From the NCBI GenBank assembly GCA_045601905.1, contig JAZSAM010000040.1:1910-65909 (forward strand): 64,000 nucleotides of DNA, in the 5' to 3' direction. The notes below the pieces were generated by a model. It had not been told where the DNA came from. It ran no database searches and saw only the letters and a list, made by a program, of their open reading frames with translations. Below are positions 19,234-28,236 of this stretch, piece after piece. The DNA is from Acutalibacteraceae bacterium. Lineage in GTDB: Bacteria; Bacillota; Clostridia; Oscillospirales; Acutalibacteraceae. The position numbers and the translations under genes are program-made. How positions within the stretch are numbered: position 1 is the first letter of the stretch; each line of letters begins with the position of its first letter.

Positions 19234-19871
19234 TGTTTGAAAAATTGAAGCTCAAAAAGACAGAATACGATGCTCATAAGTGCCGTATGCGTGACGGCTT
19301 TACATATCATTGCAGGACTGTTGCAAAGGAAGGTCAGGTAGTTTTTTTCGGTGACTCGATTACTGAGTTCCTTCCCGTCAGCGACTGGTACGGTGAATAC
19401 TCAATTAAAAGCGGTCTCGAGCTTTATAACAGAGGCATCGGCGGCGACTCAACCCTTGGTCTTTACAAAAGAGCAAAAGAAAACGTCACCTGTATAAAGC
19501 CGAAGGCAGTTGTAATTCTTATCGGAACAAATGACCTTGGAATGGGCTTCGATACTGAGTTTATAAAGACAAATATGGAAAACACCCTTAAGCTTTTCAA
19601 ACAGGAGTGTCCCGATTGTAAGGTTATCATTGCTGCAATTTATCCCGTTATCGAGGGTAAAGCAGGAAGGCGTAAGAACAAGGACATTCTTGAAGCCAAC
19701 AAGAAGCTGAAAGCACTTTCGGAAAAGTACGGTGCAGCTTACATTGATCTTACGGACAAGCTTGCTGACCAAAACGGCAATCTCAGAGAGGACTGCACTT
19801 ATGACGGTCTTCACCTTTCAGCAAAGGGCTATGAGGTGACAACGAAGGAAATTGTGAAGCTGCTTCCATAA
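19233..19871 (+). CDS. SGNH/GDSL-family hydrolase
   Basis: VVFFGDSITE block I and GTNDL block III. TAATG overlap with dut. Confidence 0.85.
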   Translation: MFEKLKLKKTEYDAHKCRMRDGFTYHCRTVAKEGQVVFFGDSITEFLPVSDWYGEYSIKSGLELYNRGIGGDSTLGLYKRAKENVTCIKPKAVVILIGTNDLGMGFDTEFIKTNMENTLKLFKQECPDCKVIIAAIYPVIEGKAGRRKNKDILEANKKLKALSEKYGAAYIDLTDKLADQNGNLREDCTYDGLHLSAKGYEVTTKEIVKLLP

Positions 19872-19885
19872 AACGAAAGGTTCTT

Positions 19886-19929
19886 TTGATTACTTTTCTT
19901 TTTGGGAAAAGTAATGCCCGACCGGCGAG
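19886..19929 (+). repeat. repeat family D copy 2
   Basis: ttGATTACTTTTCtttttggGAAAAGTAATgcccgacCGGCGAG. Confidence 0.6.
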
Positions 19930-20082
19930 GTCATAAAACAATAAATGCTAAATTTGTTTATAAAGACACTGTATGGACACGGCTTGCCGTGTCCACTTTT
20001 TTATGAAGAGCGTATTGACAAAAAAATGTAAAGTATTATTATATACTTAAGGATAAAATAGTTTTTGAAAGGAATATATAAA

Positions 20083-20724
20083 ATGTCACTAAATGCTGTT
20101 AACTTAATTAGTCTTGTTGTTTTACCGTGTCTTGCTGTTGCTTTTTTCGTTTTCTTTGCTTTGATACTCAAAAACAAAAGGCAAGCCAAAACAAGCAAAG
20201 CATTATTGAAGGTTTTTGCTTTGTGTATAACTGCTGTGATAGTTTTTAATGCAATTTTACTTCCTGCTTTTAAGTTTAAAATAGATGATGATTTTAAAGA
20301 TATAATAAATAATGTGTCAATGGAGAGTTTAAATATAGATATGTTTGAATTTTCTCCATATGAGGAATATAGTATAGACGAAAGATGGGTTACATGCAAA
20401 GAAAGCGGTGATACAAGCTACAATACAACGGTATGGTTTGTAATTCAGCCGAAGGATACATATTTGCAGACTATAAAAACAAGTGATAATAAACTTGTTG
20501 AAAAGCTTTGTTTGAATGAGTTTGAAAATGAATACGGTACTGTAAAAATATATCCTGTCGGTCTTGAAAAGTATTATGCTTTTCTGGCGATGTATTTTTA
20601 TGGCACAATAGTAATTCCCATAAGCCAGGAGTATGATTTAGTAATTGAATATGAATGTGATTCAGATATAAATGAATGTAAAAATTATATATTCAGCGAA
20701 TTACAGAAGCTTTTAATAGCATAA
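20083..20724 (+). CDS. hypothetical membrane protein in a low-GC patch
   Basis: ATG 20083 follows aaagga. Two predicted TM segments. No recognisable family. The local sequence is visibly more AT-rich than its neighbours. Confidence 0.6.
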   Translation: MSLNAVNLISLVVLPCLAVAFFVFFALILKNKRQAKTSKALLKVFALCITAVIVFNAILLPAFKFKIDDDFKDIINNVSMESLNIDMFEFSPYEEYSIDERWVTCKESGDTSYNTTVWFVIQPKDTYLQTIKTSDNKLVEKLCLNEFENEYGTVKIYPVGLEKYYAFLAMYFYGTIVIPISQEYDLVIEYECDSDINECKNYIFSELQKLLIA

Positions 20725-20733
20725 TGAAAACTT

Positions 20734-21000
20734 TACATCCCTTTTTTAGGGGCTAGGAAAAAATGCGCAGAATGAACAAACCAAGCCAAAATAAAGCGTT
20801 CAGCTTTATTTTGGTTTACCCGACGGCGTACAAAGGTACTCCGAGGGCGAGGTTTGTTTATAGCATAAAACGCAAAAACCTTGTTTTTGCCTACTTTTGC
20901 TGATTTTTACAGTTTTAAAGGGTTTCTTTGGTAGTTCAATACCGAAAGAAACCCTTTAGTTATCTTGTTTTATGCGGTCTGCACTTTTTTTACAGCCCCT
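20734..21000 (+). repeat. repeat family C copy 1 (~270 bp structured intergenic repeat)
   Basis: Near-identical to 24615-24907, 29191-29481 and the reverse complement of 43444-43732. Contains several internal hairpins. Confidence 0.85.
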
Positions 21001-21012
21001 TGATTTTTTTCG

Positions 21013-21052
21013 CTCGCCGCGAGGCGTTACTTTTTTGAAAAAAAGTAACCAA
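21013..21052 (-). repeat. repeat family D copy 3 (inverted)
   Basis: CTCGCCGCgaggcGTTACTTTTTTgaAAAAAAGTAACcaa is the reverse complement of the D motif. Confidence 0.55.
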
Positions 21053-21077
21053 AAAAACTTTTATTGCTTTGCTTTTT

Positions 21078-21575
21078 TCAGTTTGCATTGTTTGCTGCTC
21101 TTTGCATCGCAATTACACAGTCAATTGCAAGCACAACTGCAAGTGCATGAACTGCATCGGATGCATTTGCAATGTCAAGCATATATGAGTCACCCCAGGA
21201 AAACCATGACTTCGCAATGGTGACAATGGGCCTTCCGTTACTTGTAATTTCATAATCGTGATCCCACAGATTACCGTTTACCTCCCAATTAAGTCCGTCA
21301 ATGCGGTACTTGTTTCTGAAAAGAGTGAACTCCTTGACAATCTCGGCCACCTGAGTATCACCAACAAAAACATAAAAACGGGGGAGGAATGACAAAACCT
21401 TCTGATGAACATAGGCAACTTCGCCGCCGTTCATGTCATAAATGTGAAGCTTTTTGCCGATTGAAAAAAACTCACCTTCAATATAGTATTTGTCGTTGCC
21501 GTCCTTATCTTTTACATAAAATTTGTCTTTCCAGGAAAAAACTTTCTGTTTTATAAAAAGTCTCATATTTTCCAC
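21078..21575 (-). CDS. LURP-one-related / YxjI-like (tubby C-terminal-like fold) protein
   Basis: LFIKQKVFSWKDKFYVKD...SWGDSYMLDI...LAIDCV strongly resembles B. subtilis YxjI. The true start may be the ATG at 21566. Confidence 0.8.
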   Translation of the reverse strand: MENMRLFIKQKVFSWKDKFYVKDKDGNDKYYIEGEFFSIGKKLHIYDMNGGEVAYVHQKVLSFLPRFYVFVGDTQVAEIVKEFTLFRNKYRIDGLNWEVNGNLWDHDYEITSNGRPIVTIAKSWFSWGDSYMLDIANASDAVHALAVVLAIDCVIAMQRAANNAN

Positions 21576-22732
21576 TCCTTAAGAAAATCCGTTATCTTTT
21601 CTTCTTCACCGCAAAGACTGCCCTGAATCATTTCACCCCTGCCGCCGCCTTTTCCGTTAAAGGCGCTGTTAAGCTCCTTTGCAAGAGGACGAAGGTCAAT
21701 GGACTTACTTGCAATGCAGTAGCGGAAAAGGCCGTTTTCGCCGCAAAAGCAAGCTGCAAATTCATTTGCCTTAGCTTTGATTGACTCGGTGAATTCTGTA
21801 AGAAGCTTACCCTCAAGCTTTTTGTCAAACACAATAATCCGCTTATCCTCTTTTATGCTCTGAGCCTTAATCATAAGAAGCTCACGGTTTGCACCGACAA
21901 GCTCGTATTCGAGTCTTTCCTTTTCCTTGAGAAGTCTTTCAACTGCATCGGCAGTTTCAGCTTGCTTTGTTTTGGTAAGCACGGAAATTTTTCTGTTCTC
22001 GTCAAGCTTGTGACGGATGTCCGTAAGTGCTCTGTCGCCGCAAAGAATGGACACTCTTGTGCCACCCTTGTATTTTTCAAAGCCGACAACCTCGATAAAG
22101 CCGATTTCACCGGTCATTTTAACGTGGGGAGCACAGCAGGCGCAAACATCAATCCCGGGAATTTCAACAATTCTTACCTGACCTTCAATTTCAATTTTGC
22201 TGCGGTATTTTATCTTTGAAAGTTCCTCATCCGTGGGGTAAAGTACCTTGATTTCAATGTTGTCCCAGACTGCTTTGTTGACAAGGTTTTCTACTTTACA
22301 GATGTCTTTTTCAGTAAGAATTCCGTCAAAATCAAGGGTTACAACCTCACTTCCTAGGTGAAAGCCTACATTGTTGTAGCCGTAAAGGTTATTAACAATG
22401 CCCGAGAAGATATGCTCGCCTGAATGCTGCTGCATATCGGAAAAACGCTTGTTCATATCGATTTTTCCATGCAAAAATGTGGAATTCTTCAGCAATTCAA
22501 CGTTTTCCTCATTGTTTTCAACAAAGTGGATAATCTTTTCTTTGTCAATTTGTACGTTTTCCACATAGGCTTCACCGAGCCAACCTCTGTCAGAGGTCTG
22601 TCCGCCACCCTCTGGGAAGAAAGCAGTGCGGTCAGTTTCGATATAAATGTATTTTTTATCGCTGTAAAGGTTGACAACTTTACAGTCAAACTCTGAAAGG
22701 TAGGCATCGGCATAGTATAGCTTTTCTGTCAT
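21563..22732 (-). CDS. alanyl-tRNA editing protein (AlaX-L type, with DHHA1-like C-terminus)
   Basis: HSGEHIFSG and CCAPHV zinc and editing-site motifs of the Ala/Thr-tRNA synthetase second additional domain. Confidence 0.88.
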   Translation of the reverse strand: MTEKLYYADAYLSEFDCKVVNLYSDKKYIYIETDRTAFFPEGGGQTSDRGWLGEAYVENVQIDKEKIIHFVENNEENVELLKNSTFLHGKIDMNKRFSDMQQHSGEHIFSGIVNNLYGYNNVGFHLGSEVVTLDFDGILTEKDICKVENLVNKAVWDNIEIKVLYPTDEELSKIKYRSKIEIEGQVRIVEIPGIDVCACCAPHVKMTGEIGFIEVVGFEKYKGGTRVSILCGDRALTDIRHKLDENRKISVLTKTKQAETADAVERLLKEKERLEYELVGANRELLMIKAQSIKEDKRIIVFDKKLEGKLLTEFTESIKAKANEFAACFCGENGLFRYCIASKSIDLRPLAKELNSAFNGKGGGRGEMIQGSLCGEEEKITDFLKEWKI

Positions 22733-22750
22733 TTTTTTGTAAAACTCCTT

Positions 22751-23995
22751 TTATTTAAGCTTGTGGATGAAAAGTCCGCTTAAAAGCTTCGGCTCAAACC
22801 AGGTTGATTTAGGCGGCATAACCTCACCTGCATCGGCGATTGCCATAAGCTCTTCAAGAGAGGTGGGATACATTGAAAAAGCAATTTTCATATCCTCACG
22901 GCAACGCTTTTCAAGCTCACCGAGACCTCTTATACCGCCTATGAAATCGATTCGCTTATCAGTTCTCGGGTCGTCGATTCCGAAAATGGGAGTGATGCAG
23001 TTTTGCTGAAGTATTGAAACATCAAGTGAAGCAACGGGATCGTTTTCGGGGAAGGTGCCGTCCTTTGCGGTCAGCTTGTACCATTCATTTTCAAGATACA
23101 TTCCGAAGGTGTGACGCTTTTCCGGCTTATAAATTTCCTTGCCGATTTTTTCGACGCTGAATTTTTCGCTCAATGCAAGAAGGAAATCTTCTTTTGATTT
23201 TCCGCCGAGATCCTTCATAACTCTGTTATAGTCCATAATCTCAAGCTCGTCGCAGGGGAAGCACACTGCAAGGAAGAAATTGAATTCTTCACTGCCGTTA
23301 AAATCGGGATTTTCCTCGCGACGCTTGAGTCCGACCTTTACTGCTGAAGCACAGCGATGATGTCCGTCAGCAATGTAAAGGGCGGGAGTTTCGGCAAAAG
23401 CCTTCTGAAGCTTTTCATTTGTTTCCTCGTCGTCAATTACCCAGACGGTGTTTCCGATGCCGTCTGAGGTGGTGAAATCATAAACGGGTGCGTGGCTTTC
23501 CTTCCAGGCGTTTACAATTTCTGAGAGCTCGTTGTTGCTTCTGTAGGTAAGGAAAATCGGACCTGTGTTTGCATCGCAGTAATCAACGTGACGGATTCGG
23601 TCAGCCTCCTTGTCGGCTCTTGTGAACTCGTGTTTTTTGATTGTGCCGCTGGTGTAATCGTCAATTGAAGCACAACCGACGATGCCTGTCTGACTTCTGC
23701 CGTTCATAATCTGGCGATAGATGTAAAAGCAGGGGACGCTGTCCTGCTTGCAGATGTTATCGTTTTCAAGCTTGTCGAGGTTTTCCCTTGCCTTGAGGTA
23801 AACCGTTTCATCGTAAATGTCTGTTCCCTCGGGAAGGTCAATTTCTGCCTTGTCAACGTGAAGGAAGGAATGAGGATTTCCCTTTGCCATTTCTGCGGCT
23901 TCCTTACTGTTCATTACATCGTAGGGAAGAGCTGCAACAGCAGGTGCATATTCTGAAAGAGGTCTTACAGCCTTGAAGGGTTTAAAGATTGCCAT
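22751..23995 (-). CDS. DUF1015 family protein
   Basis: N-terminus MAIFKPFKAVRP...ALPYDVM and the ADGHHR motif are typical of DUF1015. Confidence 0.88.
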   Translation of the reverse strand: MAIFKPFKAVRPLSEYAPAVAALPYDVMNSKEAAEMAKGNPHSFLHVDKAEIDLPEGTDIYDETVYLKARENLDKLENDNICKQDSVPCFYIYRQIMNGRSQTGIVGCASIDDYTSGTIKKHEFTRADKEADRIRHVDYCDANTGPIFLTYRSNNELSEIVNAWKESHAPVYDFTTSDGIGNTVWVIDDEETNEKLQKAFAETPALYIADGHHRCASAVKVGLKRREENPDFNGSEEFNFFLAVCFPCDELEIMDYNRVMKDLGGKSKEDFLLALSEKFSVEKIGKEIYKPEKRHTFGMYLENEWYKLTAKDGTFPENDPVASLDVSILQQNCITPIFGIDDPRTDKRIDFIGGIRGLGELEKRCREDMKIAFSMYPTSLEELMAIADAGEVMPPKSTWFEPKLLSGLFIHKLK

Positions 23996-24127
23996 AATGT
24001 TTTCTCCTTAAATTAAATTTATATCTAGTTTATTTTATATTTTTTTGCTCCTTTTGTCAACAAAACAGGAATAAATAAGGCACTTTGAGAAAAGATATTT
24101 ACACAGCAAATTAAGGGAAGTGATTTT

Positions 24128-24565
24128 GTGTCAGTTTCGAAAAAGGATTATGCCGAAATGACAAAAAAAGCCTCTCCGAAATCACCGCTTTTAACCGATA
24201 TGGTTAAGGCTTTTCTTTCGGGAGGTTTAATCTGTGCTTTTGCAGAAGGCTTGTTTTTCTTTTTTTCTGAAATGGGATTAGCCGAAAAGGACAGCCGTAG
24301 CGTAGCAATGATTATTCTTATTGTGATTACGGCAATTCTTACGGCGACGGGCGTTTTTGATGTGATCGCCAAGCACGCGGGAGCAGGTACGGCAGTACCA
24401 ATTTCGGGATTTGCAAACTCAATTGTTTCCTCTGCACTCGAATTTCAGACAGAGGGACGGATTCTCGGCACTGCGGCACAGATGTTTTCAATTGCGGGCC
24501 CCGTGATTGTTTTCGGGTGCTCAGGTGCGGCTCTGTACGGTTTGATTTATTGGCTGGTAAAATGA
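24128..24565 (+). CDS. spoVAC: stage V sporulation protein AC
   Basis: GTG start. Sequence LSGGLICAFAEG...PISGFANSIVS...GPVIVFG is SpoVAC-like. No spoVAD or spoVAE follows. Confidence 0.85.
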   Translation: MSVSKKDYAEMTKKASPKSPLLTDMVKAFLSGGLICAFAEGLFFFFSEMGLAEKDSRSVAMIILIVITAILTATGVFDVIAKHAGAGTAVPISGFANSIVSSALEFQTEGRILGTAAQMFSIAGPVIVFGCSGAALYGLIYWLVK

Positions 24566-24614
24566 AAAATTGTGTTGTTATTTTGTAAAAAAAGTAACGC
24601 CTAAGGTTATGAAA

Positions 24615-24907
24615 GGGGATGTAAAAAAACTCGTTTTTTTTACATCCCCTTTTTTAGGGGCTAGGAAAAAATGCGCAGAATGAACAAACCGAGCCAAAAT
24701 AAAGCTTTTTGCTTTATTCTGGGTTACCCGACGGCGTACAGAGGTACTCCGAGGGCGAGGTTTGTTTATAGCATAAAACGCAAAAACCTTGTTTTTGCCT
24801 GCTTTTGCTGATTTTTATAGCTTTATAGGGTTTCTTTAGTAGTTAAACACCGAAAGAAACCCTTTAGTTATCTTGTTTTATGCGGTCTGCACTTTTTTTA
24901 CATCCCC
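24615..24907 (+). repeat. repeat family C copy 2
   Basis: Begins with hairpin GGGGATGTAAAAAAActcgTTTTTTTACATCCCC and ends ...GCACTTTTTTTACATCCCC. It fills the gap between spoVAC and the 3' end of the next minus-strand gene. Confidence 0.85.
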
Positions 24908-25081
24908 TTACCTGAACATGTATTTCATGTCGCCCATAAGGTCACCTGCGGTCTTCATCATGACTTTAGCCTTTTTCTTTGCCATTCTCTTCATACCGCT
25001 TCCCTTCATCATACCTCTTACATAAGCTGATGCTCCGCCTACTGCCATACCGATTCCGATACCCTTTGCAATGCTTTTCAT
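24908..25081 (-). CDS. small Gly-rich basic protein (hypothetical)
   Basis: ATG at 25081 lies 8 nt after gaggg. The sequence runs MKSIAKGIGIGMAVGG...KKKAKV. No family recognised. Confidence 0.4.
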   Translation of the reverse strand: MKSIAKGIGIGMAVGGASAYVRGMMKGSGMKRMAKKKAKVMMKTAGDLMGDMKYMFR

Positions 25082-25255
25082 TTCCACTGCCCTCATCCTT
25101 TCAAAATTTTTTCACCGTTAAGGCTTTTTTGCACATCGGCAGAATTAGTTTTATACAAAGTGAGAAATAATATGCAGATTAAAAAATTTCAATTTTTGTT
25201 TCATTTTTCATTTTTTAGTGCTATAATAAGCTAAATCACCTCAAGGAGCAGAAAA

Positions 25256-25771
25256 ATGTCACAGCTTAACATTGTTCTTTTTCAGCCGCAGATCCCGCAG
25301 AACACGGGCAACATTGCAAGAACCTGTGCCGCAACGGGTGCAAGGCTTCACCTTGTAAAGCCTATGGGATTTACCGTTGATGACAGAAAATTAAAAAGAG
25401 CAGGTCTCGATTACTGGTACCTGCTTGATATAACCTATTACGAAAGCACAGAGGAATTTTTCGAAAAAAACAAGGACGGAAGCTTCTTCTATCTTACAAC
25501 TAAAGGGCAGCACACCTTTACAAAAACGGAATTTCCCGATAACTGCTACATAATCTTCGGCAGAGAGGATGCGGGAATTGATGAAAAAATCCTTTTTGAA
25601 AATCCGGGCACAAGCCTGCGAATTCCGATGAGGCAGGAGGCACGAAGCCTCAACCTTTCAAACACCGTTGCAATTGTAACCTACGAAATCCTTCGTCAAT
25701 GGGATTATCCCGACCTGCTTTGCGAAGGAAAGCTTACAAAATTTGACTGGCATAAAGCAAGTGAGGTATAA
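25256..25771 (+). CDS. trmL: tRNA (cytidine/uridine-2'-O-)-methyltransferase TrmL (SpoU family)
   Basis: NIVLFQPQIPQNTGNIARTCAATG...LNLSNTVAIV. Confidence 0.92.
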   Translation: MSQLNIVLFQPQIPQNTGNIARTCAATGARLHLVKPMGFTVDDRKLKRAGLDYWYLLDITYYESTEEFFEKNKDGSFFYLTTKGQHTFTKTEFPDNCYIIFGREDAGIDEKILFENPGTSLRIPMRQEARSLNLSNTVAIVTYEILRQWDYPDLLCEGKLTKFDWHKASEV

Positions 25772-25774
25772 AAA

Positions 25775-26230
25775 ATGAAAAAGAATTTTACTAAAGATGA
25801 TATAATCAAAAAACACGAGACGAATGTAAAATCCGCTTCGAGCTCCTTCAGTCTCGTCGGTATTCTCGGACTGATTTACGTTGTACGCTACTTCGTTTCG
25901 GGCAACCTTAATTTTTACTTCAGTCTCGCCTTTGCGGAAATGATGCTTCGGCTTTACGACGGCAAGCTGATTCCCCTTGTGGCCGCTCTTGCTGCAATCA
26001 TCGTCTTTTTTGCCCTTTACATCTTTGTCATTGTCCTTATTACAAAAGACCCGTCAAAGCTTAAGGTCGGTCTTGGCATTTACCTTTTCGACTGCCTTTG
26101 TCTTGCGGGTACGGGACTTATTCACGGCGAAAGCCTTCAGCCCGAATTTTTCATTGATGTGATTGTACACGCCTTTGTGATTGTTTTCCTTGCAGTCGGT
26201 ATCAGGTCGGCCAAGGCACTGAAAAAATAA
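25775..26230 (+). CDS. hypothetical integral membrane protein
   Basis: Four hydrophobic segments. RBS gaggt. Tightly follows trmL. Confidence 0.65.
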   Translation: MKKNFTKDDIIKKHETNVKSASSSFSLVGILGLIYVVRYFVSGNLNFYFSLAFAEMMLRLYDGKLIPLVAALAAIIVFFALYIFVIVLITKDPSKLKVGLGIYLFDCLCLAGTGLIHGESLQPEFFIDVIVHAFVIVFLAVGIRSAKALKK

Positions 26231-26254
26231 CATTTTGCATCTTACATTCTGCAT

Positions 26255-26292
26255 TAAAAAAGCCTATCCGAGAGCTCCGGATAGGCTTTTTA
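26255..26292. terminator. bidirectional rho-independent terminator
   Basis: AAAAAA-AGCCTATCCG-agagctc-CGGATAGGCT-TTTTT between convergent genes. Confidence 0.8.
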
Positions 26293-26310
26293 CTGTATGA
26301 TTTCAAGTAA

Positions 26311-27843
26311 TCAGGCTGACTGTTCAGCACTTTCTCTCTTTTCACGGATGAAAGCGTAGATAGGCTCGAGTCTTTCCTTTGTAAGAGGATAACCGAATCT
26401 CATAAGAAGCCATACGCCTGTGTAAACAACAGCAGGGATGATTGTGCAGATAAACATAATCTTCTTACTTGTGTCGTTTGCTGTGATAAAGCCGTTGCCT
26501 GCAGTTTCGCTGTCGTACTTTGCCCACTGAAGAAGGAAGAGCCCTGCGCCGTCAGCGATGGTCTGACCGAGCTTACGTGAGAAGGTGTAAACGGCATAAA
26601 CTGCGCTTTCGTTACGAAGACCTGTTGTGTATTCCTGATAATCGATAACATCCATAACAACTGCCCAGCAGGTAAGACTTACGAAGGTGTAGCCGAAGCC
26701 GATGAGAAGAAGACAAGCCATAAACATCCATGCAGGGAAGATGCCGTTTTCGGGATTGAGCTTGTCAATGATGCTCTGATTGTTTGCACAAACAGCAAGA
26801 GCAACGGAAGCGATTGCGGAAATGATTGAGAATTTACCGCAAAGCTCCTTCTTACCAAACTTTGCAGAAAGCTTGGGAGTGAAGAGCACGAGGCAAACCA
26901 TAGGAAGATAGTTGCAGATTGTGCCGAGAATGCTCAGGCTTGTGTTTGTGAAGTAGTTCTTATAAAGATAAGCGTTGAAGGAATTGAACTGAAGCTGACC
27001 GCTAATGAGAACACCTGCAAGTGCAACCGTTACGAAAGGACGGGACTTGAGAAGTCCGATGTAGGTCTTCTTGAGATCCATCTGAGGCTCTGCTTCTGAG
27101 GGAACTCGTTCCTTGGTGGTCTTGTAGCCCCAGAGATAGAAGATGATTGAAAGAATACCCATAATCACACCGAAGATGCACATCTTTGTGCCGTCGGCAA
27201 TCTCAACAGCCTTGCCCGTTGTCTGGTCAATGACCTCAACCATCTGATTTGTGGCAGGGTCAAGCTGAAGCTTTGTGGAGTAAATTACCATCGGTGCGAT
27301 AAGTGAAACAACAGCGCCGCCGATGCCTGAGCCGATTGAACGGAAGGTTGAAAGCAGGTTTCTGCCGTTGGGATCGTCGGTGATAACCGAAGCGAGTGAG
27401 CCGAAGGGAATGTTCATTCCGGTGTACATCATTCCGTAGAAGATGTAAGTTATGTAGGCAATAATGAGAAGTATGGTGGTGTTGTCTGTAAGCCTGTCAT
27501 AGGGCATAAAGCAAAGAAGTGTTGAAAGACCGAGCGGGATCGAAACCCACTTAAGATAAGGTCTGAACTTGCCGTCCTTGCTGGGCGGTCTTTTTGCAAC
27601 CATTGCACCCCAGATGGGGTCATTGATGCAGTCCCACAGACGGGTGATAATAAACATAAAGCCCGCCTTTGCCGGTGCGATTTTAAGCACGTCAGTCATG
27701 AAAACCTTAAGATAGCTTGAAATGTATGTAAGGTTAAACATATTGCCGGCCTCGGCAATGGTGTAGCCCGCAGCTTCCTTGATACCGATTTTATTCGGAT
27801 GGTCATTTACAGGCTTTTCTTTTTTGACTTTTTCTTTTGCCAT
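26311..27843 (-). CDS. GPH/MFS-family glycoside-pentoside-hexuronide:cation symporter
   Basis: About 12 TM segments. The DPIWG motif in loop 2-3 (RLWDCINDPIWGAMVAK) is typical of the GPH family. Confidence 0.85.
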   Translation of the reverse strand: MAKEKVKKEKPVNDHPNKIGIKEAAGYTIAEAGNMFNLTYISSYLKVFMTDVLKIAPAKAGFMFIITRLWDCINDPIWGAMVAKRPPSKDGKFRPYLKWVSIPLGLSTLLCFMPYDRLTDNTTILLIIAYITYIFYGMMYTGMNIPFGSLASVITDDPNGRNLLSTFRSIGSGIGGAVVSLIAPMVIYSTKLQLDPATNQMVEVIDQTTGKAVEIADGTKMCIFGVIMGILSIIFYLWGYKTTKERVPSEAEPQMDLKKTYIGLLKSRPFVTVALAGVLISGQLQFNSFNAYLYKNYFTNTSLSILGTICNYLPMVCLVLFTPKLSAKFGKKELCGKFSIISAIASVALAVCANNQSIIDKLNPENGIFPAWMFMACLLLIGFGYTFVSLTCWAVVMDVIDYQEYTTGLRNESAVYAVYTFSRKLGQTIADGAGLFLLQWAKYDSETAGNGFITANDTSKKIMFICTIIPAVVYTGVWLLMRFGYPLTKERLEPIYAFIREKRESAEQSA

Positions 27844-27866
27844 TTCAATTCTCCTTTATATAAGAT

Positions 27867-28097
27867 TCAACCGAAAAGTCCGGTCTTGACGGTGATTTCC
27901 CCGGGAATGAAGCCTTCCTTTTCAATAGCTTCAATAAAGAGCTTTTCGTCAATGTCCTTTTTCATTGTGACGGTAACTGCGTTTTTTTCACTGTCAGCCT
28001 TAACCTTTGAAACGCCGTCAAGAGCCTTTATGGCATCTTCAACTGCTTTTTCGCAGTGACCGCAATGCATACCGGTAACTTCGATAATTTTTTTCAT
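27867..28097 (-). CDS. copZ: heavy-metal-associated domain copper chaperone
   Basis: GMHCGHCEKAV is an MxCxxC motif. Start moved to ATG 28097, after aaagga. Confidence 0.9.
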   Translation of the reverse strand: MKKIIEVTGMHCGHCEKAVEDAIKALDGVSKVKADSEKNAVTVTMKKDIDEKLFIEAIEKEGFIPGEITVKTGLFG

Positions 28098-28175
28098 TGT
28101 CTTCATCCTTTCAAAAGATAATGTATAAATATACACTATATAGGATACACCGAAAGAAAGAAAAAATCAACATCA

Positions 28176-28224
28176 AAGCAGAATTTTCATTAATTTTTAA
28201 AAGCAGAATTTTGATTAATTTTTA
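28176..28224 (+). repeat. two 24-nt direct repeats (period 25) in the copZ upstream region
   Basis: AAGCAGAATTTTcATTAATTTTTA / AAGCAGAATTTTgATTAATTTTTA. Confidence 0.7.
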
Positions 28225-28236
28225 TTTCTGCATTTT

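Noticed and set aside
20001-20399. 132-aa minus-strand ORF in the low-GC patch
   Set aside because: It overlaps the plus-strand gene that has a proper RBS (aaagga, then ATG 20083). In AT-rich DNA the absence of stop codons here is not informative.
28122-28135. CopY cop box upstream of copZ
   Set aside because: The palindrome is TGTA-N6-TACA, not TACA-NN-TGTA. It is kept only as a note inside the copZ finding.
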